In this document: positions 59,247 through 64,000 of the stretch, piece after piece
Position numbering within the stretch: the stretch's first letter is position 1
How the letters are laid out: every line of letters starts with the position of its first letter
NCBI GenBank assembly: GCA_021796415.1
Contig: JAJYJC010000002.1
Coordinates: 7,983 to 71,982 of the forward strand
Origin: a bacterium
GTDB taxonomy: Bacteria; Patescibacteriota; CPR2; UBA1875; JAJYID01
Reading direction: 5' to 3'
DNA length: 64,000 bases
Program-made: the position numbers and the translations under genes
The notes under the pieces: model-generated
Databases searched by the model: none
The model's input: only the letters and a program-made list of their open reading frames with translations
Told to the model about the DNA's origin: nothing

Positions 59247-60191
59247 TCAAACCAATATGTTTCCGATAATTGAATTATTGCCGATAATGAAATCGCTTGT
59301 AACGAGCGGTTTTTTTCCTTCAAGCTGAACTTTTTTGAGGACAAGTACGCCGTTTCCGGTTTGCACACCGTATTCTTTATTTCCGAGGTCCACGAATGTG
59401 CCGGGTTTCTCGTCCGACTTCTCATTTGTGGCATTGGCCTCAATAACCTTCAACAATTTTTTATTCCAATAAGTATAAGTTCCCGGCCAGGGCGTGTATG
59501 CCCTGACTTTTCTTTCGATATTTTCAGCGGATTCGCTCCAGTCAATTGCACCATCTGTTTTTTGGATCATTTTTGTGAATGTGGCTTGCGAGTGATCCTG
59601 CCTTTGGGGAGTAATCGTGCCGGTGGTGTAGCTTTTGATAACATCGATTATTTTCTTTGCAGCTAGGCTTGAGAGTCCACTGCCAAGGCTCGCGGTAGTT
59701 TCTCTGCCGTCTAAATTGATTGCAAATTGCGAAACCACATCTCCCGCGTCCACTTCGGCTGCCATTTTTTGAATGGTGATACCGGCCTTTTTGTCGCCAG
59801 CAAGTATGGTGGCTTGGACGGGACATGACCCGCGATGTAGGGGGAGAAGAGAAAAGTGAACGTTTAGAAATCCGTATTTTGGCATGTCTAGAGTAACTTG
59901 TGTAATTATTATCCCAAGAGACGCGACAATAACGATATCGGGCTTGATTCTTGCGACTATTTCCTCCATTTCCAGCTTGTTTTTAGGTTCAAAGATGGGA
60001 ACATTATTTTTTTGAGCCATTTGCTTAATGGGTGAGATTGTGACTTTTCCGCCGCGTCCTTTTGGCTTGTCCCTCTTGGTGAGTAATGTTAAGTCGCTGT
60101 AGTTCTCGGTTAAGGCTTTAAAGATCGGCAAGGCGAAAGACCCGCCGCCGGCAAAGGCTACTTTAAGAGAATCTTGGGTTTTTGTCTTCAA
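59247..60191 (-). CDS. fmt: Methionyl-tRNA formyltransferase
   Basis: DKPKGRG, LNVHFSLLPLHRGSCP, DAGD, RAYTPWPG. Confidence 0.95.
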   Translation of the reverse strand: MKTKTQDSLKVAFAGGGSFALPIFKALTENYSDLTLLTKRDKPKGRGGKVTISPIKQMAQKNNVPIFEPKNKLEMEEIVARIKPDIVIVASLGIIITQVTLDMPKYGFLNVHFSLLPLHRGSCPVQATILAGDKKAGITIQKMAAEVDAGDVVSQFAINLDGRETTASLGSGLSSLAAKKIIDVIKSYTTGTITPQRQDHSQATFTKMIQKTDGAIDWSESAENIERKVRAYTPWPGTYTYWNKKLLKVIEANATNEKSDEKPGTFVDLGNKEYGVQTGNGVLVLKKVQLEGKKPLVTSDFIIGNNSIIGNILV

Positions 60192-60699
60192 TTTCTACCT
60201 TTCTGAGCTTATTTTTGTCAGTCAATCTATCTACAAAAAGTATTCCATCTAAGTGATCTACCTCATGCTGTATGATCCTTGCTAATAAACCCGAAGCATT
60301 TTTTTTCACTTCTTTTCCATTGATGTCCATGGCCTTAAATCTAACCTTTTTCGATCTCTCAACAGGACCATAATATCCGATATAACTCATACATCCTTCC
60401 TCGTCTATTTCCTTTTCCTTGGAAAATTTGGTTATAACCGGATTAATGTATGCGGCAAGGGGAATTGCCTTTTGGATTACCTTTCCTTCAGAATCTCTCT
60501 GCTCATTGACCCCGATCACTATCATTCTTACATTTTCGCCGATTTGGGGCGCCGCCAAAGCCAATCCAAGTTTATTCTCGGTCAATGTAAAAAGCATCCG
60601 TTCTGCCAGATTTAGGGTCTCTTCGTCCAAAACGGTTATTTCTTTGGATTCTTTTCTAAGAATCGGGTTTGGTATAGTCAAAATTTTATATGGTTTCAT
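60163..60699 (-). CDS. def: Peptide deformylase
   Basis: GLALAAPQIG, EGCMS, QHEVDHLDG. Confidence 0.96.
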   Translation of the reverse strand: MKPYKILTIPNPILRKESKEITVLDEETLNLAERMLFTLTENKLGLALAAPQIGENVRMIVIGVNEQRDSEGKVIQKAIPLAAYINPVITKFSKEKEIDEEGCMSYIGYYGPVERSKKVRFKAMDINGKEVKKNASGLLARIIQHEVDHLDGILFVDRLTDKNKLRKVEIEDKNPRFS

Positions 60700-62663
60700 T
60701 AGGTTACGCCCATGGGGTTAATGTCTATTTTCCAGTCTTTTGGAATATATTGTACCACTTTTTCTACAATATCAGCAAGATTTTTGTCCGGCGATATTTT
60801 CAATAAAATCTGCCAACGATATAAATTGTTTATTTTTGGTAAGAAAGCAGGGGACGGACCGACCAAAATGATTCCTTTATTATCCTCTATAATTTTCTGG
60901 GTAATAATTTTGCTCAAAGACTTTGACTCGGACTCTGCGCGCGCATTATCTTTGTGCGCATAGGAAAGGTGTATCAAGCGAGAAAACGGCGGGTAGAAAA
61001 GCTCCTTTCTCCGTGGTATTTCATACTCGAAGAAGGCAGGATAATCGTGCCTGGAAGCCATTTTGAGCACCGGATTTTCGGGGTCGTAAGTTTGCAGAAT
61101 TATCTTGCCTCTGTTTGCGCCCCTGCCGGTCCTTCCCGACACTTGCGTTACCAAACTAAAGGCATGTTCGGAGGCGCGAAAATCAGGGAGATTTAGTATA
61201 TTGTCGGCGCTGATTATCCCGACCAGATCGACATCCGGGAGATCCCATCCTTTTGCTATCATTTGGGTGCCGACCAAAATGTCAAAATCTTTATTTTTAA
61301 ACTCCTCATAGATATTTTTGTGATCGCGCCTCACAGAATCGGCATCCATTCTCTTCACTCTTGCTTCCGGGAATAGCTCCTTTATTTCCTTTTCAATCTT
61401 TTGGGTTCCTTTGCCGAAGTATTTTATGGCGTGCGATGAACATTTTGGGCAGACTGTCGGGACGGTGGTTTTGTATTCGCAATGATGGCAAAACAAGCCA
61501 TTTTGCCCTCTTGTGTCATGATAGACCAAAGGAATATCGCAGTTTGGGCAGTTTACCACATACCCGCAATCGCGGCAGGAGACAAAGGTAGAAAAGCCTC
61601 GGCGGTTCATGAAAAGAACGGCCTGCCTTTTGTTCTCAAGCACCTTTTTTATCTCGGCTTGAAGCTTCCTCGAAAGAACAGACCTATTGCCGTAGTGAAA
61701 TTCTTCGGACATGTTGACGATTTCTGTCTCCGGCATTTTGTCCTGGACGTATCTCTCATCCAAGATATGGAGCTGGCATTTGTTGTTTTTTGCGCAAAAA
61801 AATGTTTCAACAGATGGTGTGGCGCTGCCCAAAATCAAAATGCTTTTCGTGAGCTTGGAAAATTCTTCGGCGACTTCACGGGTTAAATATCTTGGGTTTT
61901 TGTCCTGCTTGTAGCTTGTCTCATGTTCCTCGTCTATCACAATTAGCCCCAAATTATTAAACGGTAGAAAGAGAGCGCTTCTGGAACCGATAACTATGTT
62001 TTTCTGCCCTTCCAGTATGCTTTTCCAGACACCCGCCCTCTCCGTTTCTTTTAAATAGCTATGGTAAAGGGCAACTTGGCCCGGGAATCTCTCTTCAAAT
62101 CTGGTGACGGTTTGGGGTGTCAGGGCAACCTCGGGCACCAATATGACAGCTTGCTTTCCGGATGATGCAACTTCTTCCAAAACATCAAGATATACTTCGG
62201 TTTTGCCGGACCCGGTTACTCCGAAAATGAGATGCGGCTTATCCCGATTTTCCAGAATAGACTTAGCGATTTTTGCCTGATTTTTTGTGAGTTCAGGCCT
62301 TTTGCGTATCTGCCGATGGAGCTTCTGGGGGCTAGTCGCCCTTCTTTTTTTTAGCGCGCCTGTCGGCAGCAGGGTTTTTGCAATCTCGGAAACGGGTGAA
62401 GCGCAGCGGTCGCGCATCCACGGCACAATCTGCACCAAATGCCAAGGAAGCGGCGTATCCTCCAAAATGCCGGTAATCTCCCTAGTGTGAAACGGAGGTT
62501 TTTTCGTAAAATTCAAAACTATTCCTACGGCTTTTTTGCTTCTGAACGGCAAAGACACGATGTGGCCGACCCTAATCTGATTTTCAAGTGAATCAGACAC
62601 ATGATAAGTAAAAAAATCCTGCTTCCCGCCGCCGCTAGCAACCGCGCAAACAACATATTTCAT
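60699..62663 (-). CDS. priA: Primosomal protein N'
   Basis: GVTGSGKTEVY, IDEEHE, four CxxC pairs, GTQMIAKG, QVSGRTGR. Confidence 0.97.
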   Translation of the reverse strand: MKYVVCAVASGGGKQDFFTYHVSDSLENQIRVGHIVSLPFRSKKAVGIVLNFTKKPPFHTREITGILEDTPLPWHLVQIVPWMRDRCASPVSEIAKTLLPTGALKKRRATSPQKLHRQIRKRPELTKNQAKIAKSILENRDKPHLIFGVTGSGKTEVYLDVLEEVASSGKQAVILVPEVALTPQTVTRFEERFPGQVALYHSYLKETERAGVWKSILEGQKNIVIGSRSALFLPFNNLGLIVIDEEHETSYKQDKNPRYLTREVAEEFSKLTKSILILGSATPSVETFFCAKNNKCQLHILDERYVQDKMPETEIVNMSEEFHYGNRSVLSRKLQAEIKKVLENKRQAVLFMNRRGFSTFVSCRDCGYVVNCPNCDIPLVYHDTRGQNGLFCHHCEYKTTVPTVCPKCSSHAIKYFGKGTQKIEKEIKELFPEARVKRMDADSVRRDHKNIYEEFKNKDFDILVGTQMIAKGWDLPDVDLVGIISADNILNLPDFRASEHAFSLVTQVSGRTGRGANRGKIILQTYDPENPVLKMASRHDYPAFFEYEIPRRKELFYPPFSRLIHLSYAHKDNARAESESKSLSKIITQKIIEDNKGIILVGPSPAFLPKINNLYRWQILLKISPDKNLADIVEKVVQYIPKDWKIDINPMGVT

Positions 62664-62823
62664 ACGATTATTATAGGTTATTGCAAGATAAACATAAATA
62701 GCTTTAGCTTGTTTACATTTATGCTTAAAAGTGCTAAAATTGACCTAGATTGTGGGGAATAAGAGTAAGAGGCAAGCCTCTTATTTCCTTTTCTGCAAAG
62801 CACGTATCAATTGGGAGGATGGA

Positions 62824-63363
62824 ATGCCAGAAGAATGTTTGAAGTCCGGCCTTACTCATCACAAAGTTTTGGGTGAGGAGGTCGGAGCGTCATTCCGGGT
62901 GAACGTCAAGGTCGAAGGGGTACCATTGGCGAGCAAATCGCGGCTCATGGTCTGCTCAGGTTTTGGTCCGGGATATTACCTGTTCCACGGAGTAGGTATC
63001 TTCCTGGACAGAAGGGGCCTGTTCTTCGACTACCGAGAATACGGGCGGCATGAACTCTCGTGTCTGTGGCGCGAGGCAAGTGGCGATGGCGGTAAGACTC
63101 ATCATGGTCTCGAGCTGATCGAAGGCGGGTTCAAGAATGGTCGCCCTCGTTTCACCATGGACGACGGGATGGTGCGCGGGGCGCTCGAAGCGGAGAACAG
63201 GGACGACACAATCGTCCTGGTCTTCGACTTCATCGATGGTGCGCGGCGGCACGTTTTAATCGAAGGAACTGACAAGATTCTTCTCGGAAAGGCAATGGGC
63301 ATAGCAGATAAAGCCTACAATGCCTTCTCGTTTGAGGAAGCGGAAGCAAAGGAGCTCGCATGA
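62824..63363 (+). CDS. Hypothetical protein
   Basis: GGAGG RBS before MPEECL; GC-richer than its flanks. Confidence 0.65.
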   Translation: MPEECLKSGLTHHKVLGEEVGASFRVNVKVEGVPLASKSRLMVCSGFGPGYYLFHGVGIFLDRRGLFFDYREYGRHELSCLWREASGDGGKTHHGLELIEGGFKNGRPRFTMDDGMVRGALEAENRDDTIVLVFDFIDGARRHVLIEGTDKILLGKAMGIADKAYNAFSFEEAEAKELA

Positions 63364-63494
63364 GGAACTCATTAGTCTCTATTGCTGGCAAGGTTCTGTG
63401 GGGCATCTTTGCTGTCTTAATCCTCGTTGGGGCTGGTGCCGTGTTTTTTATTCTGCTTCATGCCCCTGCCGGCAGTCATCCGTACGGTCCATAG
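63360..63494 (+). CDS. 44-aa single-TM peptide (MRNSLVSIAGKVLWG...)
   Basis: AAGGAG RBS and ATGA overlap with the upstream stop; manual translation. Confidence 0.55.
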   Translation: MRNSLVSIAGKVLWGIFAVLILVGAGAVFFILLHAPAGSHPYGP

Positions 63495-64000
63495 GACACC
63501 TCTTCACAGATTCCAAAGCTTCCCCGTTTGGCAAGGCGGGGAAGACGCCACCCGTGGCAGGGCGGGTTCCCTCGTTGAGGGAGCCCGCCCAAAAAAGTTT
63601 TCAAAGTTTCCCAATCGGCGCATTGGGAAAGAAACATTCAATCTCCCCTAGTCGCGCCAGGGCGGTCCCTTTCTTCGGGGCCGCCCAATTTCGTTAGAGG
63701 GCTACTCTATTACAATAAATTTATGATATAATGTACTTACGTTTTAAAAACTGCAGGAGAGGTTTAGAGTTTTTTTACGCGCAACTTAGGAGGTAATGTG
63801 CCGGTATCTCTGATCGACATAGAAATGCCTTGTTCCACAGTTATTATGGTGAATTCCAGGGCTTTGGATCGGGAAAAAATCGACATTCTTGAACTGAACC
63901 TGAAAATCGCCGTTAAACGCCTGCCCGTTAGGGAATTTACGAGGCATGGCCAATGGATATGTATTGAGCTTTCTGAGCCAGACAGGAGCTTTTCTCTCAA

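Noticed and set aside
63360..63690. Type I toxin-antitoxin pair (peptide plus convergent antisense RNA)
   Set aside because: Hairpin wobbles favour the plus strand, the same strand as the peptide gene, and I found no convincing antisense promoter.
63764..64000. Partial minus-strand ORF at the window edge
   Set aside because: It is truncated by the window and has no recognisable motif, so I cannot support a call.

Overview
This window looks like a Patescibacteria/CPR-type chromosome segment. That assignment is inferred from a 23S-5S unit with no 16S, an intron-rich 23S, VirB2/PrgI/VirB4 genes and an AAA_5-targeting DGR. Left part (1-17 kb): small orphan genes, a hairpin shaped like a pre-melted single-stranded-DNA promoter, two unusual sigma-70 fusion proteins, and a DUF3800 gene facing a putative ncRNA. 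17-31.4 kb: a T4SS-like module (pilin, VirB6-like, PrgI, VirB4, M23 peptidase), then a vWA/MoxR operon whose last two genes are targets of a complete diversity-generating retroelement. Both VRs differ from the 113-nt TR only at adenines (13 and 14 changes). The DGR layout is unusual: avd lies antisense between TR and RT, and the TR has its own promoter and a structured leader. 35-41.3 kb: a ~4.9-kb 23S rRNA gene with two group I introns (one in the sarcin-ricin loop, carrying a LAGLIDADG endonuclease) and about six hairpin insertions, then an intact 5S gene nested inside a decayed 5S copy. Right part: accessory enzymes, a secreted-protein gene split by a 160-bp MITE, REP-like repeats and housekeeping genes (rpsA, infB, rbfA, nrnA, fmt, def, priA). 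All calls come from reading the sequence by eye; no searches or folding programs were run.
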